Source: Bacilli bacterium (GTDB taxonomy: Bacteria; Bacillota_I; Bacilli_A; RF39; UBA660). Taken from it: a DNA stretch of 64,000 nucleotides. Below, piece after piece: positions 46,510 through 58,805 of this stretch (positions within the stretch are counted from its first letter, which is position 1; the number at the start of each line of letters is the position of its first letter). Under the pieces are notes generated by a model. It made no database searches and was not told where the DNA came from. It worked only from the letters and a program-made list of their open reading frames with translations. The stretch lies in assembly GCA_022791775.1 (NCBI GenBank), contig JAAVZT010000033.1, forward strand, positions 8,356-72,355, given 5' to 3'. The translations under genes and the position numbers were made by a program.

Positions 46510-48168
46510 TTAAACAGTCTTTTTTGTTTTTTTAAATGATATTTTTGATATAAACTTTTGAATATATTCTTTTCCAAAAACATGTTCTATAATGCCTGTT
46601 TTATAGGAAAGGAAAAAATAAACAAACGCCCCAAAAATTGAAATAACCAATACCTCAAGCACACATGAAAATTTACTAGTATAAGAAATCGGCCAAAGAA
46701 AGCGGAGGAAAAGAACGGTTCCCACCATGCTAACAGTAGGAAAAATCATACGCAATAATAGATTACGAACTTTTTGATAAGATAAATGATGCTCTTTATA
46801 AAGAAAATATAAAGCTAGGAAAATACTAGTAGCATATCCAATAATTGTAGCTACAATTGCTCCATAATAAGCGGGAATTTGAAATTTATGAAAAAGAAGC
46901 ATCAAAGGAACATCTAAAACCGCATTTAAGAAAAAACCAAACAAAGAAGTAAAATATACCGTTTTAAATTTATTTAAACTTTGCAAAGTAGAACTGGTAA
47001 CGGTATACAAATTGAAAAATAATGAAGTAAATACTAAAACGGCAAAAATATTGGGTCCTAATTCATGAGCTCCATAAAAAATACCCCATACAGGTTTTGC
47101 CAATAAAGATAAACCTATGACCATAGGAATACATAAAAACAAAATAATTTCTAATGCTTTATTTAATTTATCATTTACCAAACCCCACTTTTTTAATGTA
47201 AATGATTCCACTATAGCAGGAATTAAACTGACACTCATTCCCATTGCAACCGAATTTACAATCATAGTAATTTTGCTTCCCCAAGTGGTTATCGAAGTGG
47301 TAATATACTCCACTTGCAAAGCATCATATCCTAAATAATCTAAAGTTCGTAAAAGAAATAACATATCGACAAAATTATAAATAGATACCGCAATATCAAT
47401 AATAATAAACGGAACCGCATAAGAAATAATTTTCTTCAAAATAACGCGGTTTGCAATATCATCCTTTGGCATATCTTTGACAAAATGCAATTCTTTTTTA
47501 TGATGAGACATACGGGAAAGTAAATAAATTACAGCTGAGATTCCACCCGCAAAAGCACCAAAAACAGCAACTCCAACAGCAGTCGTTAAAGAAAGATGAA
47601 ATACATGAAGAGCCAAATAACTGCCACCTAACACAAACAAAATACGGACAATTTGTTCAATCAATTGACTAAAGCTAGAAACCGAAACAATATTATGACC
47701 TTGCAAATAACCTTTTGTCACACTCAAATAAGGAATCACTAAAAGCGCAAATGAAACAGATCGAATGACAAAAGCAATATCAGAAATACTGCTCCCCCCT
47801 TGTAAATCACCCAATATCAATTTAGCAATTTGAGGAGCAAATAAAAACAATAATACAAAAACAAGAACTGAAATAAAAGTAATTAAATTTTTACCTATAT
47901 GGTACGCTCGTACTTTTGCATCATAATATTTTAATGTATTAAATTCATTAATCACTTTACTAATAGCAATAGGAAGACCAGCAGAAGAAATATCTAAAAA
48001 AATAACATAAATATTATAAGCATAAGCATACAAAGCAGCGCCTTCGACTCCTATTAAAGCATAAAAAGGAATTACATAAAACATTCCTAAAATTTTTACG
48101 ATCACAATTGATAATGTAGCTATAATCGTTCCTTCTACAAAAGAACTTTTTTTCATAACATCACTCAT
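46510..48168 (-). CDS. MOP-superfamily flippase (SpoVB/MurJ/Wzx-like polysaccharide or lipid II transporter)
   Basis: 552 aa with about 14 TM helices, typical of SpoVB/MurJ-family proteins. Confidence 0.7.
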   Translation of the reverse strand: MSDVMKKSSFVEGTIIATLSIVIVKILGMFYVIPFYALIGVEGAALYAYAYNIYVIFLDISSAGLPIAISKVINEFNTLKYYDAKVRAYHIGKNLITFISVLVFVLLFLFAPQIAKLILGDLQGGSSISDIAFVIRSVSFALLVIPYLSVTKGYLQGHNIVSVSSFSQLIEQIVRILFVLGGSYLALHVFHLSLTTAVGVAVFGAFAGGISAVIYLLSRMSHHKKELHFVKDMPKDDIANRVILKKIISYAVPFIIIDIAVSIYNFVDMLFLLRTLDYLGYDALQVEYITTSITTWGSKITMIVNSVAMGMSVSLIPAIVESFTLKKWGLVNDKLNKALEIILFLCIPMVIGLSLLAKPVWGIFYGAHELGPNIFAVLVFTSLFFNLYTVTSSTLQSLNKFKTVYFTSLFGFFLNAVLDVPLMLLFHKFQIPAYYGAIVATIIGYATSIFLALYFLYKEHHLSYQKVRNLLLRMIFPTVSMVGTVLFLRFLWPISYTSKFSCVLEVLVISIFGAFVYFFLSYKTGIIEHVFGKEYIQKFISKISFKKTKKTV

Positions 48169-48343
48169 TCTTCATACTATAAACGATCATTGCAGAAAAA
48201 CAATAAATTTGTTCCTCTCCAAAAACACTCGCCGATACAGCATATTTAATATCAATTATATCAGCATTTATAGAAGAAAGAAAGCTATTAATCTTCTCCT
48301 CTAAATCACGCTCATGAGATTCATCAAAACACTTTACTTTCAT
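48161..48343 (-). CDS. Cse60-like small sporulation protein (60 aa)
   Basis: MKVKCFDESHERDLEEKINSFLSS...IDIKYAVSASVFGEEQIYCFSAMIVY resembles the Cse60 family. An internal start with an AGGTGA RBS is preferred over the 109-aa ORF-track call. Confidence 0.45.
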   Translation of the reverse strand: MKVKCFDESHERDLEEKINSFLSSINADIIDIKYAVSASVFGEEQIYCFSAMIVYSMKNE

Positions 48344-48422
48344 AATATCACCTAAAAATAATATAACAAACAAACTTGTCGAAAAAAGAAGCTTCATGGT
48401 ATAATAACAAAGAGGTAAAATT

Positions 48423-48722
48423 ATGAAAATGAAAACTAAAGGATGTCTATTATTTGGATTAATTATAATATTAATATTAAGTATTGTCATTTATTTTAAA
48501 ACAAATGTATATTACGTTCTTTTATATAATGATGGTAATTTAATAAAAACGATAGAAACGCGTAAAAATAGACCTATGAAAGGACCTGAACCACTCGAAA
48601 AAGAAGGATATCTATTTCTAGGATGGTATGATGAAAATGGTGAAATATTTGATTTTGAGCAAAATATAAAAGGTAATTTAAAATTAACTGCTGGATGGGC
48701 CAAAATATCACCTCAAGAATAA
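48423..48722 (+). CDS. small membrane-anchored protein with one Listeria-Bacteroides-type repeat
   Basis: N-terminal TM and a GYLFLGWYDENGEIFDFEQNIKGNLKLTAGW repeat signature. Confidence 0.5.
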   Translation: MKMKTKGCLLFGLIIILILSIVIYFKTNVYYVLLYNDGNLIKTIETRKNRPMKGPEPLEKEGYLFLGWYDENGEIFDFEQNIKGNLKLTAGWAKISPQE

Positions 48723-48879
48723 GTCAGAGTATTAAACTCTGATTTTTATATTTCTATAAATGAATAATTAGTTCTACTATTTCCACTTAGATCCGTATCC
48801 CCCCAACATAAATACACTTCTACTTTTTACCCACATTATCTCATATTTTAAAATTAATTAAAAAAAAGACAATTCAAAA

Positions 48880-51285
48880 TCATCTTTCTTTCACAATTAG
48901 ATTAACTATTTTATTTGGTATCACAATCGTTTTTACAAGTTCACCTTGATCTAAATACTTCTGAATTTTTTCATCTTTTTTAACCAAATTTAAAATTTGT
49001 TCTTCTACTTCATTTTTCATAATCGTTACTTCTGAGCGTAGCTTTCCATTGACTTGAACCCCGATCGTAATCGTACTTTCTTGAATCATATTTTCATCAA
49101 ACTGTGGATATTCTTTTTCATGAATACTATATTTATTTCCGATCAATTCCCATAATTCTTCCGTAATATGTGGTGCAAATGGAGCTAATAAAAGAAGCAA
49201 TTGTTCAATATAATAACGAGGAATTCCCTCTTTTTCAAATTTAACTAAAGCATTTGTAAATTCCATAATTCGAGCAATACAAGTATTAAATTGAAATTTT
49301 TCAATATCAGTACGGATAGAACGAATTGTCATATGTAATATTTTTTCTAATTCATTTATTTGATAAACTTGCTCACTAATTGCTCCCACTAAACGTTCTA
49401 CTTTTTGATAAAAACGATACATGGAGCGAATTCCATCATCAGTCCAAGGTCCTCCCTCAACATAATTAAATCCAAACATCAAATAACCGCGTAAAACATC
49501 TGCTCCATACTCTAAAACATATTCATCTGGAGAAACCGTATTTCCTTTACTTTTACTCATTTTTTCTCCATCAGGGCCTAAAATTAATCCCTGATGAACT
49601 AAAGAATGAAAAGGCTCATCAAAATTTAAATATCCCATATCTCTTAATGCTTTAGTAAAGAAACGAGCATATAACAAATGCATACACGCATGCTCAATTC
49701 CCCCCACATACATATCAACAGGTAACATGGAATTGATTAATTCTGAATCAAAAGGCTTTTCTGTATTCTTAGCATCCGCATATCTTAAATAATACCAGCT
49801 AGAACACACAAACGTATCTAAAGTATCCACTTCTCTTTTAGCAGGTCCATGACAGTGCGGACAAGTAGTATTAACAAAGGATTCACAACGTTTTAATGGA
49901 CTTTCTCCATCTGGCTTAAATTCTACATCCATCGGTAAAATAACAGGCAAATCACTTTCTTTTACAGGAACAATTCCACAATGATCACAATAAACAATAG
50001 GAATAGGAGCTCCCCAATAGCGTTGCCTCGATACTAACCAATCACGCAATTTATATGTAACCGTTTTCCGACCTACTTTTTCTTCTTCTAACCAAGCATA
50101 CATTTTAGCTAAGGCATCTTCTTTATTAAGGCCATCCAAGAATCCGGAATGAATATGTACTCCATCTTCCGTGAAAGCTTGCAATAACTCATTTTGATTT
50201 GTTTCAGAATCAAGAACCGGAATAATAGGCAAAGAAAATTGTTTTGCAAAAGCAAAATCTCGTTCATCATGAGCCGGAACAGCCATGATAGCCCCTGTTC
50301 CATAGGAAAGAAGAACATAATCACTAATCCAAATGGGAACTTCTTTTTTAGTAACTGGATTAATCGCATAAGCTCCCGTAAATACACCTGTTTTTTCTCT
50401 TACTGTATTCGTTCGCTCTATTTCACTTTGTTTTAAAGTAGCTTCTCGATAAGAAAGAACTTCTTCTTTCTGCATTTGTGCTGTAATTTTTTCAACTAAA
50501 GGATGTTCAGGAGCTAAAACACAATATGTACATCCAAACAAAGTATCAGCTCGAGTTGTAAATACATCAAATTGCAAATCAGAATTCGCTATTTTAAATG
50601 TAATATAAGCTCCATTACTTTTTCCGATCCAATTTTTTTGTAATAATTTAGTACGCTCTGGCCAATTTAAATGCTCCAAATCTTGTAACAATTCTTCTGC
50701 ATAATCTGTAATCTTAAAAAACCATTGACTCATATTTTTATGAACAACAGGAGTCTTACACCGTTCGCATTCCCCTTGAATAACTTGTTCGTTTGCTAAA
50801 ACAGTATTACAAGAAGGACAAAAATTAACCGGTGCTTCTTTTTTATAAGCAAGTCCATGTTCATACAGTTTTAGAAACATCCACTGCGTCCACTTATAAT
50901 AATCAGGACGACAAGTAACCACTTCATGATCCCAATTCCAAGACCCTCCAATTTTTCGCAATTGATGTTCCATGGTTTCAATATTCTTTTCAGTAGAAAT
51001 AGAGGGGTGAATTCCTGTTTTAATCGCGTAATTTTCAGCAGGTAATCCAAAGGCATCGAATCCCATAGGATGAAAAACTTGATACCCTGTCATTCTTTTA
51101 AATCGTGCCCAAGTATCCGCAACCCCAAAATTGTACCAATGCCCCAAATGCAATTTCGCCCCACTTGGATAACTAAACATTTCTAACATATATAACTTGT
51201 TCTTAGATGAATCGTTAGAAAACCGATAAAGCCCACTTTCCTCCCATTTTTTTTGCCATTTTTCTTCTATTTTTTGATAATTCAT
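48880..51285 (-). CDS. leuS: leucine--tRNA ligase
   Basis: 801 aa with HIGH-type HLGHWYN, KMSKS and typical class I LeuRS blocks. Confidence 0.95.
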   Translation of the reverse strand: MNYQKIEEKWQKKWEESGLYRFSNDSSKNKLYMLEMFSYPSGAKLHLGHWYNFGVADTWARFKRMTGYQVFHPMGFDAFGLPAENYAIKTGIHPSISTEKNIETMEHQLRKIGGSWNWDHEVVTCRPDYYKWTQWMFLKLYEHGLAYKKEAPVNFCPSCNTVLANEQVIQGECERCKTPVVHKNMSQWFFKITDYAEELLQDLEHLNWPERTKLLQKNWIGKSNGAYITFKIANSDLQFDVFTTRADTLFGCTYCVLAPEHPLVEKITAQMQKEEVLSYREATLKQSEIERTNTVREKTGVFTGAYAINPVTKKEVPIWISDYVLLSYGTGAIMAVPAHDERDFAFAKQFSLPIIPVLDSETNQNELLQAFTEDGVHIHSGFLDGLNKEDALAKMYAWLEEEKVGRKTVTYKLRDWLVSRQRYWGAPIPIVYCDHCGIVPVKESDLPVILPMDVEFKPDGESPLKRCESFVNTTCPHCHGPAKREVDTLDTFVCSSWYYLRYADAKNTEKPFDSELINSMLPVDMYVGGIEHACMHLLYARFFTKALRDMGYLNFDEPFHSLVHQGLILGPDGEKMSKSKGNTVSPDEYVLEYGADVLRGYLMFGFNYVEGGPWTDDGIRSMYRFYQKVERLVGAISEQVYQINELEKILHMTIRSIRTDIEKFQFNTCIARIMEFTNALVKFEKEGIPRYYIEQLLLLLAPFAPHITEELWELIGNKYSIHEKEYPQFDENMIQESTITIGVQVNGKLRSEVTIMKNEVEEQILNLVKKDEKIQKYLDQGELVKTIVIPNKIVNLIVKER

Positions 51286-51650
51286 TTTATATCATCCTTT
51301 CCATATTTTTTTTGTAAATGCCTTCCATAAATTTCATAAATAGAATAAATTAATGCCATTAACAAGACAAATCCACATAATAGTTGCCATATCATAGACA
51401 TTGAAATCATCATTACAAAAGTTGCCACAAATGAAATAATAAACGCATTAATAAAACTAATTGGGATAATGACTTTCCAATAAGACATTTTCGTAACATC
51501 TAAATGAAATTTACGAATTAAATAATTCATTTCTCCAAAACTTTGATAATTTTTTTGCTTGACCTTGAACCGTAACAAAAAGAAATAAACGATGAAAATA
51601 ATAACAAAAAAAACACCAAACCATATGAAATGATATAACAGTTCTTTCAT
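51282..51650 (-). CDS. small membrane protein between T-box leader and leuS
   Basis: 122 aa with 3 predicted TM helices. ATGA overlap with leuS. Confidence 0.5.
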   Translation of the reverse strand: MKELLYHFIWFGVFFVIIFIVYFFLLRFKVKQKNYQSFGEMNYLIRKFHLDVTKMSYWKVIIPISFINAFIISFVATFVMMISMSMIWQLLCGFVLLMALIYSIYEIYGRHLQKKYGKDDIK

Positions 51651-51903
51651 AATTTTCCTCCTAAAAAAAGCAACCCATCCAATAAGGACGAATTGCTCGT
51701 GGTACCACCTTAATTCCTAGTAAAACTAGCTTATTCATTCGATAAGGGAAATAAACCCAATACATCCAAAAGCAAGTTCATATTTTTTCTTTGTTTACTT
51801 CCACCAACCATAAACTCTCTTAAAAAGAAAACAATATTACTACTCTTTTTTCATCGCTTACAATAAGTATACGCAAATCAAGGAAAAAGTTCAAGTAAAA
51901 AAA
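51651..51903 (-). promoter_or_regulatory. T-box riboswitch leader upstream of the membrane protein-leuS operon
   Basis: The minus strand carries AATTAAGGTGGTACCACGAG (complement of 51696..51709 region), followed by GGATGGGTTGCTTTTTTT. An AGAGAG element lies in the stem-I region. Confidence 0.7.
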
Positions 51904-53322
51904 TTACTTTTGTTTGATTCGTTGATATGCTTCTTCTGGATAGTCCAAATAATTTATAAAAGATTGCATTTTAGAACTATCCCGAAGCTTTTGAAGAGCT
52001 TTTTTTTCTATCTGAGCAATTCGTTGATGAGTTAGATTAAAAATTTCAGCAATTTCCTCCTGCGTTTTTAAATTCTCACCACAAAGGCCAAAACGGTATT
52101 TTAACACTTCAAACTCTCTTTCTTTGAGACATTCTTTCGTTTGCATCAAAAATTTTATTTGAAAATCATTTTGAACCATTTGATTTTCCATCGAAAAGGA
52201 ATCAATTTCATAAAGCTCTAATTTTTCCTTTTTTTCACTTAAATCCACATTCTGATTAAGTCGCTCCATCGGCAGAACAATCTGTAAAAATCTCTGCAAT
52301 TTATTTTCGGACATTTTCATTTGTTCTGCTATTTCAGACAAGGTAGGTCGCCGATTTAACTGAGCGGATAATTCCGCAATTTTTTTTCTATATTTCTGTA
52401 GTTTTTCTCCAGCATATGACGATAATTCAATATCACTTGTTTGCTTTGCAATAGCTCTTAACATGGCCCGACGAATACCCCAAACAGCATAAGTCGATAA
52501 ACGATTTCCTTTTCTTACATCAAATTCTTCAATCGCTTTCATAAGTGCTAAATTTCCTTCTTGAATTAAATCATCAAATGATATACCTCGTCCTTTAAAA
52601 CGATTAGCTACGGAAAGCACTAAAAATAAATTTCGTTCCCATAAAATCATTTTAGCTTCTTTATCGCCTTCTAAAACCCGTAAAGCATATTTTTTTTCTT
52701 CTTCAAACGATAAAAGATCTTGTTTCGCATTTTCTAAATATATCTGTGTTCCATCCATTCCCATATACCGTTTTTCAAAACACTCAATATGATTTAAATC
52801 ACAATACGCTTTTAATAAAGAAAGAATATGTTCTTGTCTAGTAATTTGAAGCAAATCTAGTTTATCTCGATTTTCCTGTGATTCCACTAACACTTGCAAG
52901 AGCTTTTCCAAATTAGAATTATCACAAATTAATTCTTTTAAATTTTTTTGTTCCGGAAAAAGAGAAAAGAAATCCCAAATATCAACTAATTTTCGCAGTT
53001 GAACTAATGCTTCCTCTTTTGAAAATTTCACTTCTAAATATTGCGAACAAACTCGAGAAAAAAATTCTAAAAATTTACTATAAGATCTAAGCTTTTCACG
53101 AATAATACGCTTAAATTGAACATGCAGTTGTTCCTCTAGTAATTCCGCACCCATCTGTTTATCTTTCCTTGCAAATAGAAGTGCCTCATGAAAACAACTA
53201 GTAATTTCCAGTGTGGAAAACGGAAAAAATTCATATTGTTTTACTACTCTTTTTAAAATCACATCAAGCTTTTCACGAACTTCTTGGTCCATATCCATAT
53301 GAAATAAATTTAAATAAGTCAT
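51904..53322 (-). CDS. sigma-70 family RNA polymerase sigma factor (long form, 472 aa), paralog 1
   Basis: Region 2 DLIQEGNLALMKAIEEFDVRKGNRLSTYAVWGIRRAM and a region 4 HTH (EEIAEIFNLTHQRIAQIEKKALQKLR). The N-terminal 230 aa is paralogous to the neighbouring gene. Confidence 0.85.
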   Translation of the reverse strand: MTYLNLFHMDMDQEVREKLDVILKRVVKQYEFFPFSTLEITSCFHEALLFARKDKQMGAELLEEQLHVQFKRIIREKLRSYSKFLEFFSRVCSQYLEVKFSKEEALVQLRKLVDIWDFFSLFPEQKNLKELICDNSNLEKLLQVLVESQENRDKLDLLQITRQEHILSLLKAYCDLNHIECFEKRYMGMDGTQIYLENAKQDLLSFEEEKKYALRVLEGDKEAKMILWERNLFLVLSVANRFKGRGISFDDLIQEGNLALMKAIEEFDVRKGNRLSTYAVWGIRRAMLRAIAKQTSDIELSSYAGEKLQKYRKKIAELSAQLNRRPTLSEIAEQMKMSENKLQRFLQIVLPMERLNQNVDLSEKKEKLELYEIDSFSMENQMVQNDFQIKFLMQTKECLKEREFEVLKYRFGLCGENLKTQEEIAEIFNLTHQRIAQIEKKALQKLRDSSKMQSFINYLDYPEEAYQRIKQK

Positions 53323-53375
53323 ATTTTTTACCTCCCCTTACAGTAACAATAATAACTCTATTATTTTAAAATACT

Positions 53376-54812
53376 TTACCAAATATCTTTTTTTCTTTCT
53401 TTTCTATAAGCTCCATTTGGATTATCTAAATAATCAATAAAGGATTTCATTTTATAACTATTTCGAAGTTTTTGAAGAGCTTTTTTTTCTATCTGTCGAA
53501 TGCGCTCTCTTGTAACGTGATACATTTTGCCAATTTCATCCAACGTTTTGTTATTTTCTCCATAAAGACCAAAACGATACTTTAATACTTCAAATTCTCT
53601 TTCATTGATGCATTCTTTCATTTGTTCTATAAATTTCACTTGAAAATCAGAAAGGATAACTTGATTTTCTAAAGATGGAGAATCATCTACAAAAAGATCT
53701 TGTTTTTCTTGTTCTTGATCGGCAATTTTTTGATTTAAACTTTCAATAGTTTGTCCATTCTGCAATAATTTGTTTAATTGTTCCACCGAAATATTCATTT
53801 GAGAAGCAATTTCTTCTACAGTAGGAACACGATTTAAAGTTATCGTTAATGCATTTTTAATTTTCGTATATTGGGATAATTTCTCCTCAATATGAACAGG
53901 CAAACGAATATCACGAACTTTATCGTAAATAGCTCTCTTAATAGCTTGACGAATCCAATAAGTAGCATAAGTCGACAAACGATTTCCTTTTCTTACATCA
54001 AATTTTTCTATAGCTCGTATAAGTCCTAAATTGCCTTCTTGAATTAAGTCATCCAAAGGAAGTCCTCGCCCCAAATATTGGTAGGCAACTTTAGCCACTA
54101 ACAGTAAATTACGTTCACATAATATTTTTTTAGCTTCAAGATCTCCTTGCATTGCTAACAAACCATATTTTTTTTCTTCTTCTTGAGTTAAAAGCGGTTG
54201 TTTTGCTAAATCTAAATAAATTTGGATTCCTTCATTTCCTGAATATCTCTCTTCAGTATAATTTAATTGATTTAAAGTACAATATATTTTCAACAACATC
54301 AATAAAGAAAAATCTTTTGTACTTTTTAATAAATTGATTTCTTTTTGACCAATTTGAGGTTTTAAAACAACCTGACATAATTGACTTAAAATAGAATTAT
54401 CTTTTACTAAAAGTGTCAATAACTCTGAATCCGGTATAAAAGAAATCGAATCCCAAATATGAGTCAATTTATATAATTCGTTTTTAGCTTCTATAGGAGT
54501 ATTTTTTACTTCTAATTCTTGCGTACAAAAATTTGAGCAAAAAGTTAAAAATTGAGAAGAAGATAAATAATCTTTTTCTACATGAAGAAATAATTGAAAA
54601 TTAAAATTCTCTTCTAAGCGTCCCTTAAAAGTTTCAGATGTAACATTACCCTTTTTGGCTTCCGTAACAGCTATTTTAAAACATTCAGCAACCACATCAG
54701 AAGAAAGTGCAAATATCTTATATTGCTCTAATTCACGTTTTACCATGGAAGCAAACATCTCACGAAATTGCTCATATGTATATGTATTTACTAGTTTTAC
54801 ATCAAACGTCAT
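53376..54812 (-). CDS. sigma-70 family RNA polymerase sigma factor (long form, 478 aa), paralog 2
   Basis: Region 2 DLIQEGNLGLIRAIEKFDVRKGNRLSTYATYWIRQAI, region 3 (DIRLPVHIEEKL) and region 4 (DEIGKMYHVTRERIRQIEKKALQKLR). Confidence 0.85.
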   Translation of the reverse strand: MTFDVKLVNTYTYEQFREMFASMVKRELEQYKIFALSSDVVAECFKIAVTEAKKGNVTSETFKGRLEENFNFQLFLHVEKDYLSSSQFLTFCSNFCTQELEVKNTPIEAKNELYKLTHIWDSISFIPDSELLTLLVKDNSILSQLCQVVLKPQIGQKEINLLKSTKDFSLLMLLKIYCTLNQLNYTEERYSGNEGIQIYLDLAKQPLLTQEEEKKYGLLAMQGDLEAKKILCERNLLLVAKVAYQYLGRGLPLDDLIQEGNLGLIRAIEKFDVRKGNRLSTYATYWIRQAIKRAIYDKVRDIRLPVHIEEKLSQYTKIKNALTITLNRVPTVEEIASQMNISVEQLNKLLQNGQTIESLNQKIADQEQEKQDLFVDDSPSLENQVILSDFQVKFIEQMKECINEREFEVLKYRFGLYGENNKTLDEIGKMYHVTRERIRQIEKKALQKLRNSYKMKSFIDYLDNPNGAYRKERKKDIW

Positions 54813-54906
54813 ATTTTCCCTCCTTTAAATTTCTACGGCAATATATAATACTATTTTTTTTTCGTTTTGACAAGTCTAAAAAAAAACTGCCTAGGCAGTT
54901 TTTAAA

Positions 54907-56217
<1,311 letters not shown>

Positions 56218-56284
56218 TTATAATATTATTATAACACTATTTTGAACGAAGAAAACTTTTTTCAAAAAAAAGAAGACAAAGCTT

Positions 56285-58702
56285 CTATAATTCTGACATA
56301 TACTCTAATAATTTCATAAACATACGGATAAAGATAGATTGAAGTCCTTTTCCACGCAATTTTTTTATTTGAATTCTTTTTTGTTTAATATCGAAATCAT
56401 TATGATATATAATCGCCGCAATTTCTTCTTTTAAGCGTGTTTCTATTTGTAAATCACTAATAATCGAATCAATATCTTCATTAATAATTCGTACTGCATC
56501 AATTTCAATATCTTTTCCTTTACAATTAATCGTTAATTGAGAAGTCGTTCGAACATTTTTAACCGATACAATAAAATCAGCATCTTCTACATACTTTTCA
56601 AATGGAATTAAATCTTTATCTAAATAGACCTTAACATCATCCGCTTCTCGCGTATTTCGAAAGCGAATTCGATAATCGCGACTGGCTGGAATGATCCCAC
56701 TTTTTCCTTCTACAGGTCGAATAATTAAAGTATAGTTATTTTGTAAATAATTATAATCAATCGTAGTCATAATATAATACCCTTGTTCATATAAAGAACT
56801 GACTCCATCATCTTCATACAAATAATATGTATTACTTTGTCCTGGAAAAACGTGAATTTCCATCGATTCGGGCGGATTTGTAACATTAATGTTTTCTTCT
56901 AAATCAGCAAGTGGAATAATGCTCCCTTTTTTCGCAAACACAGGATAATCTTCATCTTTATAAAAAACCACATATCGTTTATCCCCAGGAAATTTTTTTC
57001 CAGTTTTAAAATCATACCACATACCTTCTGGTAAATACACACGTAAAATGGCCCGATTCATTACTTCATCCTTTTTCGTTGTAATCGGTGAAACAAATAA
57101 TTCTGTTCCAAAATAATACTCATTGCGATAATTTGGTTCATCATATATAAGCGGGTTTAAATAATAGAGCGGTTGGATAAGAGGCATTCCTGTTTTATGA
57201 TATTTATATGCTTCTGCATATAAATATGGCAGAAAACGATGACGCAAAATACAATAGTCTCTAACAATATTTAAGGTTTTTACATCCCAACGCCAAGGTT
57301 CCCGTTTATAATAATGTCCTTCTTTAGCAGCAAATCGGAAAATAGGACTAAAGCAAGCAAGTTGAACATACCTTGCATACAATTCTCGATCTTCCACTCC
57401 ATCTTTATATCCTCCAACATCATGACTCCACCAACTAATTCCTTTATTACTCGCCAACGAATTATAATAAGGTAATAGTTTAAGCGTATCCCAAGATACA
57501 GTAGTTTCTCCAGAATATAAAACTGGATAACGATGCGAAGCTACTCCACCGTTTCGACCAAGTACAAGTCCCCGACGATCCCGATATTGTTGATAATTTT
57601 TAAAATGATAATAACTTAATGCCCGCAAAGTATAAGGATCGTTTGGTTCGTAATAATCCACCCAAAAAAAATCAATTCCCTTTTTCATTAACGGTTCCAT
57701 TAATTTATTAAAATAAGAAGTTAACACAAACTTATCAAAGACATTAAATGGTATTACATGACGTGAACCTAACCCTAAATCTCGCGCTATATCATCATAA
57801 GCATCCTCATGAGGCATAATCCCCTCTTTGGGATCAATATTTAACCCAACATGAATTCCTCTTTCATGCATATAATTGGTAAAAAAAGCTGGATCAGGAA
57901 ATAAATTGCGATTAAAAGTAAAACCAGTTTTATATAATGCTAAATTGTTTTTATCTTTTAAATGCCAAAATTCACCCAATAATAAAATAGACAATGGAAT
58001 TCGGTTTCGATTAAAATGTCCAATTAAATCTTTTGTATCTTGAAAATTATAAATTTCATTTCGATTCCACCAAATGCCCAATGCATATCTAGGAATCAAA
58101 GCAGGATATCCTGTCAAAGTAAAATAATCTTTTAAACACAACCCAAAATCACGACGATAAACAAACAAATAAGTATCAATCCTTGGAACATTTGAAGTCA
58201 TTAAATAACCATCAGGCATCATAATCATCGATTTAGAATCATCTAAAGAAGCAAAGCCATCAACACTATAAAGTCCTTTGGCATAAGCCATCTTTTTACT
58301 GTTTCCATCTAAACTCATGGGTGTAGTTCCGAAATTACGAGCTTCAGGATGATTAAAATACCAAATTTTATCTGTATTTAGCAAAGTTACTTTTAAATTA
58401 GAATCTGGAGCCAATTTAGATCCTACAAAAGGACTTTCTTTTAAATATTGCAAACGAAAATACTTAGTTGTAATTTCTAAAAACTTTTCATCCTGCTGCA
58501 CTTGAAATGCAGGCACAGGAAAATTACGATAGATGACTTGTTCCGTCAAATCATCAAAAAAAATACCATCTTTACTATATTCAAGTCGTAATAATCGTTC
58601 ACTAAGTATTGTAATTCGATAAGTTTGACCTTGAAAAATAGCTTCGGGTTTACTACGATTATTTGAATAATCAACCGCAAAATGTGGTAATAGATCAGCC
58701 AT
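56285..58702 (-). CDS. glycoside hydrolase family 31 (alpha-glucosidase/alpha-xylosidase-like)
   Basis: 805 aa with a KGIDFFWVDYYEPND nucleophile-region-like block and a GGYKDG...ELYARYVQLACFSPIFR block typical of GH31. Confidence 0.7.
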   Translation of the reverse strand: MADLLPHFAVDYSNNRSKPEAIFQGQTYRITILSERLLRLEYSKDGIFFDDLTEQVIYRNFPVPAFQVQQDEKFLEITTKYFRLQYLKESPFVGSKLAPDSNLKVTLLNTDKIWYFNHPEARNFGTTPMSLDGNSKKMAYAKGLYSVDGFASLDDSKSMIMMPDGYLMTSNVPRIDTYLFVYRRDFGLCLKDYFTLTGYPALIPRYALGIWWNRNEIYNFQDTKDLIGHFNRNRIPLSILLLGEFWHLKDKNNLALYKTGFTFNRNLFPDPAFFTNYMHERGIHVGLNIDPKEGIMPHEDAYDDIARDLGLGSRHVIPFNVFDKFVLTSYFNKLMEPLMKKGIDFFWVDYYEPNDPYTLRALSYYHFKNYQQYRDRRGLVLGRNGGVASHRYPVLYSGETTVSWDTLKLLPYYNSLASNKGISWWSHDVGGYKDGVEDRELYARYVQLACFSPIFRFAAKEGHYYKREPWRWDVKTLNIVRDYCILRHRFLPYLYAEAYKYHKTGMPLIQPLYYLNPLIYDEPNYRNEYYFGTELFVSPITTKKDEVMNRAILRVYLPEGMWYDFKTGKKFPGDKRYVVFYKDEDYPVFAKKGSIIPLADLEENINVTNPPESMEIHVFPGQSNTYYLYEDDGVSSLYEQGYYIMTTIDYNYLQNNYTLIIRPVEGKSGIIPASRDYRIRFRNTREADDVKVYLDKDLIPFEKYVEDADFIVSVKNVRTTSQLTINCKGKDIEIDAVRIINEDIDSIISDLQIETRLKEEIAAIIYHNDFDIKQKRIQIKKLRGKGLQSIFIRMFMKLLEYMSEL

Positions 58703-58805
58703 GAACTCACCCTCTTATTCTAAATTCATTTTATCATAAAAAAAAAAGACATACAATGGACTAGTCATAAAAAATACGTTAAGATAAAGACACAGGAGGA
58801 AAAAT

